Positions 7,803-17,362 are shown, numbered from the stretch's first letter. The stretch is 32,000 nucleotides of DNA from Candidatus Thorarchaeota archaeon (GCA_008080745.1 SHMX01000007.1:30001-62000), one strand, 5' to 3'. Program-made: numbers and translations. Notes: generated by a model from the letters alone, not told the origin.

Positions 7803-8371
7803 GAATTGCACAAATAGAACGAAAGACAAGAGAGACCGATATTTCAGTAGATCTCAACCTAGATGGTACTGGCACGTCTTCAATTGATATCCCCTCAGCA
7901 TTTCTATCCCACATGCTGACAGCTTTGAGTACACACAGCTGCATTGATCTTACCATTAGAGCAGAGGGGGATCTTCAACATCACGTTGTTGAAGATGTTG
8001 CAATAGTCTTCGGGATGGCACTTCGACAGGCAATAGGAGATGGTATAGGTATCAGAAGATTTGGAGCAGCCACGGTTCCGATGGACTGCTCGCTCGCAAG
8101 AGTGATTGTGGATTTGGTTGAACGTCCTTATTCTGTTATCGATATTGATCTTCAGCGAGAATCGATTGAAGACCTTGCTAGTGAAGAAATTCTCCATTTC
8201 TTAGAAAGTCTTGTAGCATCTGGACGTTTTAATCTCCATGCTCTTGTGGAATATGGCACTAATGACCATCACAAGGTGGAGGCAGTTTTCAAAGCCCTAG
8301 CCCTTGCACTTAGGTCAGCATTAGTAATTGAGAATCAAGACATTCCAAGTTCAAAGGGGGTGCTAAGATGA
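7799..8371 (+). CDS. hisB: Imidazoleglycerol-phosphate dehydratase (monofunctional)
   Basis: RKTRETDI, FLSHML, QHHVVED, PMDCSL, NDHHKVEAVFKA; TTG start overlapping hisC stop. Confidence 0.95.
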   Translation: MRIAQIERKTRETDISVDLNLDGTGTSSIDIPSAFLSHMLTALSTHSCIDLTIRAEGDLQHHVVEDVAIVFGMALRQAIGDGIGIRRFGAATVPMDCSLARVIVDLVERPYSVIDIDLQRESIEDLASEEILHFLESLVASGRFNLHALVEYGTNDHHKVEAVFKALALALRSALVIENQDIPSSKGVLR

Positions 8372-8979
8372 CCCAAGTTTCTATTCTGAACTATCAAGCG
8401 GGTAATCTCTATAGTATTAGAAATGCTCTCAGGAGAGCTGGAGCATCAGTAGAAGTTGTGTCAGTAGAAGACCTGTTCGAATGTGATGCTCTAGTAATCC
8501 CTGGTGTTGGTCACTTTGGTGCTGCGATTAAGAATATTCGACCAGCGATGGATAGGATTCGCGGATTGATTGACTCAGGGGTGCCTGTATTGGGAATTTG
8601 TCTTGGACTTCAGATTCTCTTCTCCTCTAGTGAAGAGGGCCCATCTACAGGTCTAGATTGTATCTCGGGTAGAGTGGTGAGATTGCCAGAGTCTGTGAAG
8701 ATTCCCCATATTGGTTGGAATCGTGTAAAACGCAAGAGAGAGAGTGTACTGCTTGACGAATCTGATGATAACTCTTGGTTCTACTTTGTACACTCTTTTG
8801 TGGGCAATCCTACTGATATATCGGTTGTCACAGGTGAAACTCAATACGGGATTCTATTTCCCTCAATAGTGGAAACAGGATCACTCTATGCCACTCAGTT
8901 TCATCCTGAGAAATCTGGCCCAGCAGGTTTCCGCCTATTGAAACGCTTTGTTAGAGTAGCAAAGGAGGCAGGAGCATGA
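8368..8979 (+). CDS. hisH: Imidazole glycerol phosphate synthase, glutaminase subunit
   Basis: PGVGHF, GICLGLQ, PHIGWN, FYFVHS, QFHPEKSG. Confidence 0.96.
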   Translation: MTQVSILNYQAGNLYSIRNALRRAGASVEVVSVEDLFECDALVIPGVGHFGAAIKNIRPAMDRIRGLIDSGVPVLGICLGLQILFSSSEEGPSTGLDCISGRVVRLPESVKIPHIGWNRVKRKRESVLLDESDDNSWFYFVHSFVGNPTDISVVTGETQYGILFPSIVETGSLYATQFHPEKSGPAGFRLLKRFVRVAKEAGA

Positions 8980-9704
8980 AACTCATCCCTGCAATTGACT
9001 TGATGAAAGGACAGGTCGTGAGACTTCGGCAAGGAGACCCCAGTCAAAGCACATACTATACGGAATGGGGTTCTCCTACGGATGTTATTGAGAGATGGAT
9101 TGAGTTAGGAGCAGATACTATTCAAGTAATTGATCTCGACGCAGCAACAGGTCGGGGTTCCAATATATCGTGTATCAGTGATTTTCTCAGTTCTTACCCG
9201 GTTTCTTTACAGGTTGGTGGTGGGATTCGCGACTCTAAGTATGCCTCCTATCTACTTGACTACGAGAATTGTAGAATAATTGTAGGTTCTATGGCAGTTA
9301 CTAACTTGGAATGTCTTATCTGCTTGAAGAACATCTATGGACCTGACAGGATTATTATCAGTCTGGATTATTTGGATAACGCTGTTAGAATTCGTGGATG
9401 GCAGACCGAAACTAGTCTGAATGTTCTACAGGCAATCAACCTCTTCTCCCAAGAAGAATTTGAAAGATTTCTAGTTACTGCTATTGAACGTGACGGCACA
9501 CTTCAAGGGCCTGATATTGATGTCTTTCGCAATCTCTCCACCTCCACATCTGCGAAGATATTGGCTGCGGGTGGGGTATCATGTCTGTCTGATTTGAAGG
9601 CTTTAGCAGACTCCAGTGTATATGCAGTTATCATTGGTCGTGCCTTGTATGAACGTTCACTATCTCTTGAAGAAGCATTGCAATTTGTGGAGGTGATGAG
9701 TTGA
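8976..9704 (+). CDS. hisA: ProFAR isomerase
   Basis: [55 protein letters not shown]. Confidence 0.95.
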   Translation: MKLIPAIDLMKGQVVRLRQGDPSQSTYYTEWGSPTDVIERWIELGADTIQVIDLDAATGRGSNISCISDFLSSYPVSLQVGGGIRDSKYASYLLDYENCRIIVGSMAVTNLECLICLKNIYGPDRIIISLDYLDNAVRIRGWQTETSLNVLQAINLFSQEEFERFLVTAIERDGTLQGPDIDVFRNLSTSTSAKILAAGGVSCLSDLKALADSSVYAVIIGRALYERSLSLEEALQFVEVMS

Positions 9705-10486
9705 CTTTAGCAAAACGAATCATCCCTTGTCTTGATGTAGATCAAGGTCGAGTGGTAAAGGGTATCAACTTTGTAGACCTTCAATATGCTGGTGATCCCG
9801 TTGAATTAGGTCTTCGTTATAGTAGAGAAGGTGCAGATGAGCTTGTCTATCTTGATATTACAGCCTCATCTGATTATCGAGATACCATACTAGAAACCGT
9901 ATCCAAAGTTGCTAGCCATCTAGATATCCCCTTCACAGTTGGTGGTGGTGTTCGTACTGTTGAAGATGCTCGGTCACTGCTTCAAGCAGGTGCTGACAAG
10001 GTGACTATCAATACGGCGGCAGTAGAGAGACCTGTTCTTATCCAAGAGATATCTCAAGCTTTTGGTTCTCAATGTGTAGTCCTAGCTATTGATGCAAAGA
10101 AACGACTGAATGCCCGCTCTGAAAAAGAGAATTCGATATTTGCAGAGGTATACACACATGGAGGAAGGACTCCTACAGGGCTTGATGCATTGGATTGGGC
10201 AAAGCAGGGAGAAATATTGGGTGCTGGAGAAATATTACTGACATCCATGGATTGTGATGGAACAAAGAATGGGTTTGATATAGATCTCACCTGTCAAGTA
10301 TCAAGTACCGTACGAGTTCCTGTTATTGCGAGTGGTGGTGCAGGCAGTCCTGCTGATTTCTTGGAAGTATTTGACTATGGTCTGGCAGATGCTGCACTTG
10401 CAGCATCAGTTTTTCACTATAATCAGTATCCTATTTCTTCTGTGAAGCAATTTCTATTTCATAAGGGTGTGGAGGTGAGAGTTTGA
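9701..10486 (+). CDS. hisF: Imidazole glycerol phosphate synthase, cyclase subunit
   Basis: [68 protein letters not shown]; TTG start. Confidence 0.97.
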   Translation: MTLAKRIIPCLDVDQGRVVKGINFVDLQYAGDPVELGLRYSREGADELVYLDITASSDYRDTILETVSKVASHLDIPFTVGGGVRTVEDARSLLQAGADKVTINTAAVERPVLIQEISQAFGSQCVVLAIDAKKRLNARSEKENSIFAEVYTHGGRTPTGLDALDWAKQGEILGAGEILLTSMDCDGTKNGFDIDLTCQVSSTVRVPVIASGGAGSPADFLEVFDYGLADAALAASVFHYNQYPISSVKQFLFHKGVEVRV

Positions 10487-10809
10487 AGATTGAAATTGCT
10501 GGGCTGGATTTTGAGAAAGGTGACGGTCTTATCCCAGTAGTGGTACAGGAAGCGAGAACCCTTGAAGTACTCACCCTCGCTTACACAAATAGAGCTGCAT
10601 TGGTTCTTACCCAATCAACAGGCTATGCTCATTACTATAGACGATCAAAAGGCCGGGTGATGAAGAAAGGCGTTACTTCAGGAAATGTGCAAAAGATAGT
10701 TAGTATTCTCACAGACTGTGATAATGATGCACTTGTTTTTCTTGTGGATCAAATGGGACCTGCCTGTCACCTCAACGAGCGTACCTGTTTTCATAAGACA
10801 GTTCAATAA
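10483..10809 (+). CDS. hisI: Phosphoribosyl-AMP cyclohydrolase (no fused HisE)
   Basis: [27 protein letters not shown]...TCF; TTG start. Confidence 0.93.
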   Translation: MKIEIAGLDFEKGDGLIPVVVQEARTLEVLTLAYTNRAALVLTQSTGYAHYYRRSKGRVMKKGVTSGNVQKIVSILTDCDNDALVFLVDQMGPACHLNERTCFHKTVQ

Positions 10810-10824
10810 CTAACTGTACGTCTA

Positions 10825-10860
10825 TTGCAGATGAAAGCTCATTTCATCTGCAACCTTTTT
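10825..10860 (+). terminator. Stem-loop + T tract terminating the his operon
   Basis: Perfect 12-bp inverted repeat TTGCAGATGAAA-gctca-TTTCATCTGCAA followed by CCTTTTT, 15 nt after hisI stop. Confidence 0.7.
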
Positions 10861-11096
10861 ACTACCGATTAAAATTTTGCCACTCAAAGTGGTTCAAATT
10901 CCAGAACAGGGGAGAAAAACCTGCAAAATTGGTGTTCTATATTTAGACTATTATATTTTCTATACCATAATATAGGTAGAGGTAAAACGCCTCTATCTCC
11001 TTTCATATCACATGCGGGGGTTTTGGCCTCACCAGCCAAAACCCATGTGATTCATTTCTACAAGATTCTTATTGTATTCTGTCATTAAATATTCTG

Positions 11097-11816
11097 ATGA
11101 AAGATCCTGTAGATTACTCTCTGGTCGAACAATATGCCCCCATACTGCATTTCCATCCAGCGGAGGGTGATTTCTGTTGCTACCCCTGTGATGCAGAAGT
11201 GACATATCACTTATTCAAGGACGACTGGTCAAAATTCGAGGTTGACATGTCTCCCAATGAACTAGATCCAAATACTCCTTGTTATTACGAAGTTTGGGAC
11301 GATTTATCCATGATTCAGATAAGGTACTGGTTCTGGTACAAGTACAATAAATTCCCGAATGCACCCTTCGGAAAAGGTCAACATCTTGGCGACTGGGAAC
11401 ATGTAGAAGTTCGTATTTACAAGAATGCTGATGTTACAATATGGCTATTGTCTAATCATCTCTCTGCTCGGTTAACCGCACTTCCTTCAGGCTATACCCT
11501 TCCCAATTTTGCATATGAGAGCGGTATCATCACCGACAATCATGTTCATGCAGTAGTTGCTCTGGGCTCACATGCGCACTATCCATCATTTGATAGTAAG
11601 CCCTATTGTGCAGCAAGAATCTTCTGTGATAAATTCAAAGAGGGTGGATTAGATTGGTATACTGAGAATAATCTTGTCCCTATTCATGAGACCAATTTCT
11701 TTTCTTACACCGGGAGATGGGGTGACAAGGATGCACCACGCAGTCCTACGAACGAATACAATAATCGAGAACGGAATGCTCCATTGGTAGCACCACTAAG
11801 AGATACAGAAAAATGA
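11097..11816 (+). CDS. Vps62/NPP1-like domain protein
   Basis: YAPILHFHP, IRYWFWYKYN, GQHLGDWEH, ALGSHAHY, YTGRWG...PRSP match the recalled Vps62-family pattern (YxFFYxYN, HxGDWEH, GSHA, GxWG..P). Confidence 0.7.
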   Translation: MKDPVDYSLVEQYAPILHFHPAEGDFCCYPCDAEVTYHLFKDDWSKFEVDMSPNELDPNTPCYYEVWDDLSMIQIRYWFWYKYNKFPNAPFGKGQHLGDWEHVEVRIYKNADVTIWLLSNHLSARLTALPSGYTLPNFAYESGIITDNHVHAVVALGSHAHYPSFDSKPYCAARIFCDKFKEGGLDWYTENNLVPIHETNFFSYTGRWGDKDAPRSPTNEYNNRERNAPLVAPLRDTEK

Positions 11817-11937
11817 TTTCCGATGGTTTGCCTAAACTCCATGCTTCTTTGGATTATATTCCATTTTAGACCATTTTGAAAATTCATGTCTTAGCTAATT
11901 CTGAATAATGAATTTTACTTCATATTTATCCGTCCTC

Positions 11938-13524
11938 TCAATCAATTGGAACAAGAGATTTCTTCAGAATAGTATCCACCTTCTGAGAGGATTTTTCCGG
12001 GTAGTCTATATTATAATGGGCTCCTCTACTTTCTTTTCGCATCCTTGCCATTTTGATTATCAGTTCTGCAACTATAGCAATGTTACGCAGCTCGATAAGG
12101 TCTGGTGTTATCATGAAATCCCAATAGAATTGATTAATCTCCTTCTGAATGAAACCAATTCGATTTCTTGCCCTGATAAGACGTTTATGAGACCGGACAA
12201 TTCCCACATAATTTGCCATGAGTCTTCTTATCTCGTCCCACATGTGAGTTATGATGACTAGCTCATCTGGATCAGTAGCTTCACCAGGATCCCAGGGTGC
12301 TATCAAACTGGCATCTAAATCCCATTCTAAGGTTTCTTTTACAGCTTCAGCGGCATTGTGGCCTAGTACTGCAGCCTCAAGCAACGAATTTGAAGCCATA
12401 CGATTTGCTCCATGAAAACCAGTTCCAGCAGTTTCTCCCACAGCATAGAGCCCTTTTACATCCGTTCTACCATGTGTGTCTGTTTTGATTCCCCCACAGA
12501 CATAATGCATTGCAGGGACCACAGGAATCGGTTCTTTTGTTATGTCAATTCCACCTTTCATACATTCCTCATAGATTGCTGGAAATCTATCCTTTACAAA
12601 TTCTGGATTTTTGAAGGAAATATCTAACCAGACATGGTCTGCACCAGTTCGTTTCATCTCGTTATCTATGGCTCTAGCAACAACGTCCCGTGGTGCTAAT
12701 TCTGCATCCTCATGGTATTTATCCATGAATCGTTTTCCATCAGGACCCAGCAGTACCGCACCTTCTCCCCGAAGAGCCTCTGATATCAGAAATGAGCGTA
12801 TCTTGTGATGATATAGCAGAGTGGGATGAAATTGACAGAATTCCATATTAGTAATAGTTGCGCCTACACGATAGGCCATTGCGATTCCGTCTCCCGTTGC
12901 ATGTTCTGGATTGCTTGTGTAAAGGAATACCTTTCCAGCTCCTCCGGTAGCTAAAATAGTGGCTTTTGCAACGAATCTCTTGACTTCTCCTGATTTGACA
13001 TCTAATACATAAGATCCACGTACACGGTCCTGATGGATAACGAGATTAACTGCCATATGATGCTCTAGGATTGTTATGTTGCTCGTAGCTTTTGCTGTAC
13101 TAACTACCGCCTTTTGAATATCTAACCCAGTATGATCTTTGACATGCAGGACTCGTCTCTCACAATGACCACCTTCGAGACCAAGCTCATATTCATCTCC
13201 CTTTTCTACTTTACAAAAATCAACGCCCATCTGAACAAGCTCGCCTATTATCTTTGGTCCAGCTGTTACGAACTCCTCAACTACGCTTCTATGGCAGAGA
13301 CCATCTCCCACTCTCATTGTGTCTTCAATGTGTTTCTCAAAACAGTCTTCATCTGTGATTACTGCGGCAATCCCGCCCTGTGCCATACTGGTGGCAGTTT
13401 CCATTATTGTCCTTTTAGTGAGCACAGTAACTTTTCCATGCTCAGCAGCTTTGATAGCAAATAGAAGCCCAGCGAGTCCTGTTCCGATTACTAGAAAATC
13501 GGAGGAATGAATGTCATTGCTCAT
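11938..13524 (-). CDS. nadB: L-aspartate oxidase
   Basis: GTGLAG, MAQGGIAA, EGGHCERRVLH, QFHPT, ISEALRGEG, LAPRDVVARAI, HYVCGG, HGANRMASNSLLEA, ESRGAHY; GAGGAG SD upstream. Confidence 0.95.
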   Translation of the reverse strand: MSNDIHSSDFLVIGTGLAGLLFAIKAAEHGKVTVLTKRTIMETATSMAQGGIAAVITDEDCFEKHIEDTMRVGDGLCHRSVVEEFVTAGPKIIGELVQMGVDFCKVEKGDEYELGLEGGHCERRVLHVKDHTGLDIQKAVVSTAKATSNITILEHHMAVNLVIHQDRVRGSYVLDVKSGEVKRFVAKATILATGGAGKVFLYTSNPEHATGDGIAMAYRVGATITNMEFCQFHPTLLYHHKIRSFLISEALRGEGAVLLGPDGKRFMDKYHEDAELAPRDVVARAIDNEMKRTGADHVWLDISFKNPEFVKDRFPAIYEECMKGGIDITKEPIPVVPAMHYVCGGIKTDTHGRTDVKGLYAVGETAGTGFHGANRMASNSLLEAAVLGHNAAEAVKETLEWDLDASLIAPWDPGEATDPDELVIITHMWDEIRRLMANYVGIVRSHKRLIRARNRIGFIQKEINQFYWDFMITPDLIELRNIAIVAELIIKMARMRKESRGAHYNIDYPEKSSQKVDTILKKSLVPID

Positions 13525-13721
13525 TTTTACTCCTCATAAATTGGGTTTTACTCACGATATCAAAAAAACAAGATGATATATACGGGTATTGTATAAACAA
13601 TGAATGATGCGAGCAGTCCCGTGAGATTAATATAGCTCACAGGTCGAAAGAATAAAAACACTTCAAGTAGAATAGATGAATCAGATAAAGATAATATGTT
13701 ATAATATGTTATATTTATCTA

Positions 13722-14645
13722 ATGAGAACGGACGGGACTTGCATGGACATCGAAGGTGTGATAATATTTGACGCGAAATCTGGGATTCCCATGTTTTCGA
13801 AATTGAAAGAAGGAATAGATCCCTCTATGTTTTCGAGCTTTATCAGTGCAGTAGATCACTTTTCTTCTGAATTTCAAATGGGCGGCCTGACGTCATTTGC
13901 TACTGAGGAAAATCTGATTTTTCTTTCAAAGAAAGGACGTATTATCACAGCATTGATAGTACCAAAGACTCAAGAATTCAGGGAAACCGATGAATTGGCA
14001 GCTGTACTGACAGAGCAGTTTGAAAAGCGATACGAAATTCCTGAGAGACCTCAACCACTTTCTTATGAAGGATTTCGAGGATTTGTTGACGAAACACTTC
14101 GCAGGATGAAATATCCCTTCTTGAGTAAAGTTTCTATTTTTGTACATAACCAGTATGGTGGTGAAATCTCCATAAAGCCCCGATTGATGAAGCGGAATGG
14201 AGAAGAAGGGGTTATTGACATGATTGCAACATCTCCTATAAAACGAGATGATGATGAAGAATTACATCATGAACTCGCTCTCTCGGAGAACTTTACATTT
14301 GTAAAAGCAATTGATGGGATTGCAACTCGTGGGGATGTCATGGAGTTCATAGATTCTATCCATACCTATGGAGCAAAGATTCTCAGAAGAGGAAAGACTG
14401 AGTTTATTCCATATTTCCCTCAAAGAGCAGTAATTGTAGCAAGAGAGTTCTCTTCTACTGTTGAAAAATATCTCACTCGACTTCCAGAAGACAATGGGCA
14501 ACTATACGTGGATGGATCCAAATTATTTGGCCGTTTCAAAAATATTACTCGAGAGGTTCGCTGTGGTATTGAATTATGGGAATGGAAGAATGGCGGAAAT
14601 CCACAGCCAGTGAAGCCAAAAGAAAACTATGTTGATGTGACATAG
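13722..14645 (+). CDS. Longin-like N-terminal domain fused to a PD-(D/E)xK/Mrr-like domain, paralog 1 (alt. start 13743)
   Basis: N-terminal IEGVIIFDAKSGIPMF...DPSMFSSFISAV..F..E...GGLTSF pattern with longin-like beta-beta-alpha-beta-beta-beta-alpha-alpha spacing; C-terminal VIDMIA...FVKAID...AVIVAREFS...IELWEW. Confidence 0.6.
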   Translation: MRTDGTCMDIEGVIIFDAKSGIPMFSKLKEGIDPSMFSSFISAVDHFSSEFQMGGLTSFATEENLIFLSKKGRIITALIVPKTQEFRETDELAAVLTEQFEKRYEIPERPQPLSYEGFRGFVDETLRRMKYPFLSKVSIFVHNQYGGEISIKPRLMKRNGEEGVIDMIATSPIKRDDDEELHHELALSENFTFVKAIDGIATRGDVMEFIDSIHTYGAKILRRGKTEFIPYFPQRAVIVAREFSSTVEKYLTRLPEDNGQLYVDGSKLFGRFKNITREVRCGIELWEWKNGGNPQPVKPKENYVDVT

Positions 14646-14707
14646 AATAGAAATCTGCATACTACCTAGCAAAGATAATATGGACTGATACAAGCATTCA
14701 CGAGAAG

Positions 14708-15622
14708 GTGAATAGCCCTTTGGACATCGAAGGCATTGTCATATTTGGAGCAGAATCAGGAATTCCATTATACTCTCAGATGAGTGAGGATATAGAACCA
14801 TCTCTATTCAGCGGATTCGTTTCAGCAATTCAAAATTTCGCTAGAGAAATGGCATTAGGTGGTCTATCTTCTTTTGTGACTGATGAAAAAACAGTGTTTC
14901 TAGCAGCTCGTGATAAGACAGTGACCGCTCTTATAGCACCCGTCGATTCAGACTTTGAGGAGATATATTCTCTTGCTTACAATCTTGGAGAGAAATTTGA
15001 GGAAAAATACGAGGTCTTTGATGGAGGCAATGTCGAGATCTACAAATCCTTTGACAGTATAGTGTCAGAAACGCTCAAAGAGAATGAGGTCCCTTTCATC
15101 TTTCGTGTTGCTAATTTTGCCAAGAAAGAGATTGGTGGCGATGTGTCAATTCGTCCAAGTCTGAAAACTCGTGATGGAGACTATGAGATAATCGACATTC
15201 TTGTAGATTATGGTGATAAGACTAAGAAAGGAGGTCTTCGAGACCGTATTATCCAAAAACACCTGCGTGTTTTTAGTACTGAAATTATATTCATCAAGGC
15301 AATCGACGATACTGCTGGACGCGGTGAAGTTATGAAATTTCTCGAGTCTCTGAAGAATTATGGAATATGGCGTCGAGAAGAGGAAGATTTAGACGATGTC
15401 TTTCCTTATTTTCCATCTAAAGCGGTAGTTGTAGCTCGTGATTATTCCCCTACGGTCTTTGAGGGTGTAAGAGAGCTCGACAAAGTGGATGATAAGACCT
15501 ACATCGCACCCGATCATCTCTCTTTTACCCTGGGAAGTAGGAGAGCTCCTAAGACTACGAAGTGTTTTGTTGAGCTCTGGAAATGGTATGATAACAAGTA
15601 TCCAGAGCGAGTCTTTGACTAA
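14708..15622 (+). CDS. Longin-like + PD-(D/E)xK/Mrr-like domain protein, paralog 2
   Basis: Visibly homologous end to end with the preceding gene (DIEGIVIFGAESGIPLYS, IIDILV, FIKAID, RGEVMKF, AVVVARDYSPTV, VELWKW); GTG start. Confidence 0.6.
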   Translation: MNSPLDIEGIVIFGAESGIPLYSQMSEDIEPSLFSGFVSAIQNFAREMALGGLSSFVTDEKTVFLAARDKTVTALIAPVDSDFEEIYSLAYNLGEKFEEKYEVFDGGNVEIYKSFDSIVSETLKENEVPFIFRVANFAKKEIGGDVSIRPSLKTRDGDYEIIDILVDYGDKTKKGGLRDRIIQKHLRVFSTEIIFIKAIDDTAGRGEVMKFLESLKNYGIWRREEEDLDDVFPYFPSKAVVVARDYSPTVFEGVRELDKVDDKTYIAPDHLSFTLGSRRAPKTTKCFVELWKWYDNKYPERVFD

Positions 15623-17250
15623 GGCTCATCCATATACTTGTATGCGAAATGAGTAGGAGGCACGAAGGTCTCTTTGATACTTCTTGGTGAAACCCATCTC
15701 ATCAAGTTCAATCTACTGCCTGCTTTATCATTAGTACCAGATGCTCTAGCACCACCAAATGGTTGTCTTCCAACCACGGCTCCCGTTGGTTTATCGTTTA
15801 TGTAGAAATTCCCTGCTGCATTTACCAGTATCTGAGAGGCCAATACTATGGCTTCCCTGTTTTGAGCAAAAATTGATCCCGTCAGTCCATAAGGTGAGGT
15901 CTCATCACAGAGTCTCAGGGTTTCTGCATATTTTTCATCCTCATAGACATAAACTGTTAAGACTGGCCCAAAAATTTCTTCTTTCATAAGTTTGGTCTTG
16001 GGTTTTTTAGAAACAACTATTGTGGGTTCAATAAAGTAGCCTTCTGAATCATCGTAACCTCCTCCTGCAATAATCTCAAGGTCTGATGATTCTTTTGCAT
16101 AATCTATGTATGAAACTATCTTGTCAAAAGCGGACTTATCGATTACAGCATTTACAAGATTCTGAAAATCTTCAACACCACCCATTTTTACTTCATCGAG
16201 GTTTCTCAATAGTCCCTTCTGGACAATAGACCAGATTGATTCTGGAATATATGTTCTTGAAGCTGCTGAACATTTCTGTCCTTGATATTCAAAAGCTCCT
16301 CTGATCAGTGCAGTAATCAATGATGGTATATCCGCTGACTTGTGTGCAAACACAAAGTCCTTTCCACCAGTTTCTCCAACCAATCGTGGATAGGTCTTAT
16401 ACTGCTCAATTCGTTCTCCAACCTGTTGCCATAGATATCTGAATGTACTTGTACTACCCGTGAAATGGATTCCTGCAAGAGATGGATGTGATATCACTGG
16501 CTTTCCTACCTCACTTCCTGAACCAGGAATGAAGTTAATGACGCCAGGAAAGAGGCCTGCTTCAAGAAATACTTTCATCACATAATAAGCTGGGAATACT
16601 GCAGATGATGCTGGTTTCCAGAGTACAACGTTACCCATCATGGCTGGAGCTGATGGAAGATTGCCCATTATAGATACAAAGTTGAAGGGCGTTATTGCAA
16701 ACACGAACCCCTCTAAGGGTCGGTATTCCAATCTGTCCCACTCTCCTTTGGCTGAATTCACCTGCATACGGTATATCTCTTGCATGTAGTATGCATTGAA
16801 TCTCAGAAAGTCAATCAACTCTGCAGCAGAGTCAATCTCTGCTTGGTAGGTATTCTTACTCATTCCAAGCATTGCAGCTGCATTTAGTGTAGACCTCCAT
16901 GGGCCTGAAATCAATTCGGCAGCCTTTAGAAAAATAACAGCCCTATCATACCACGGTGTTATACTCCAAGTCTTACTTGTTTCTAAGGCAGTATCTATTG
17001 CCTGCAGAACTTCATCTTCTCCTGCCTTATGGTATTCTGCGAGAACATGTCGATGTTCATGTGGAATTCTCGACTCTCCAAGGTTGTCTGTTCTGACCTC
17101 CTTTCCTCCAATTATCAGGGGTATGTCTATCTTTCTGGTTTTCATTTCAGACAATTTGGTCTTCAATTCCTTCCTTTCTGGACTACCAGGGAGATATTCT
17201 AAAGTTGGCTCATTCTCAGGTTTCGGGATCACAAATTTCGTACCAGGCAT
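15619..17250 (-). CDS. pruA: L-glutamate gamma-semialdehyde (1-pyrroline-5-carboxylate) dehydrogenase
   Basis: NEP.L.Y.PGSPER, AEIDSAAELIDFLRFN, PFNF, HFTGST, GETGGKDF, EYQGQKCSAASR, EEIFGP, INDKPTGAVVG.QPFGG; ATG 17250 preferred over TTG 17274. Confidence 0.95.
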   Translation of the reverse strand: MPGTKFVIPKPENEPTLEYLPGSPERKELKTKLSEMKTRKIDIPLIIGGKEVRTDNLGESRIPHEHRHVLAEYHKAGEDEVLQAIDTALETSKTWSITPWYDRAVIFLKAAELISGPWRSTLNAAAMLGMSKNTYQAEIDSAAELIDFLRFNAYYMQEIYRMQVNSAKGEWDRLEYRPLEGFVFAITPFNFVSIMGNLPSAPAMMGNVVLWKPASSAVFPAYYVMKVFLEAGLFPGVINFIPGSGSEVGKPVISHPSLAGIHFTGSTSTFRYLWQQVGERIEQYKTYPRLVGETGGKDFVFAHKSADIPSLITALIRGAFEYQGQKCSAASRTYIPESIWSIVQKGLLRNLDEVKMGGVEDFQNLVNAVIDKSAFDKIVSYIDYAKESSDLEIIAGGGYDDSEGYFIEPTIVVSKKPKTKLMKEEIFGPVLTVYVYEDEKYAETLRLCDETSPYGLTGSIFAQNREAIVLASQILVNAAGNFYINDKPTGAVVGRQPFGGARASGTNDKAGSRLNLMRWVSPRSIKETFVPPTHFAYKYMDEP

Positions 17251-17270
17251 TCGTAACACATCTACAGCTT

Positions 17271-17300
17271 TCAATTGTATGTTCTATGACATACAATTGA
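17271..17300. repeat. Perfect 12-bp inverted repeat upstream of P5C dehydrogenase (operator or 5' hairpin)
   Basis: TCAATTGTATGT-tctatg-ACATACAATTGA. Confidence 0.75.
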
Positions 17301-17362
17301 CCTCAAGCGGATGTATGGATATAACTTCTTAACAATATTAAACTTACGTACTGTACTTTAAA

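Noticed and set aside
10873-10930. Cloverleaf with GGTTCAAATTCC as a possible tRNA
   Set aside because: Only 58 nt, wrong arm order and lengths, no D-loop or anticodon arm; kept only as structured DNA.
11814-11880. Possible Sec read-through of the Vps62-like TGA
   Set aside because: Extension is short and non-conserved-looking; no SECIS-like element recognised downstream.
15619-15622. Overlapping stop codons of convergent genes
   Set aside because: Common in compact archaeal genomes; no further signal.
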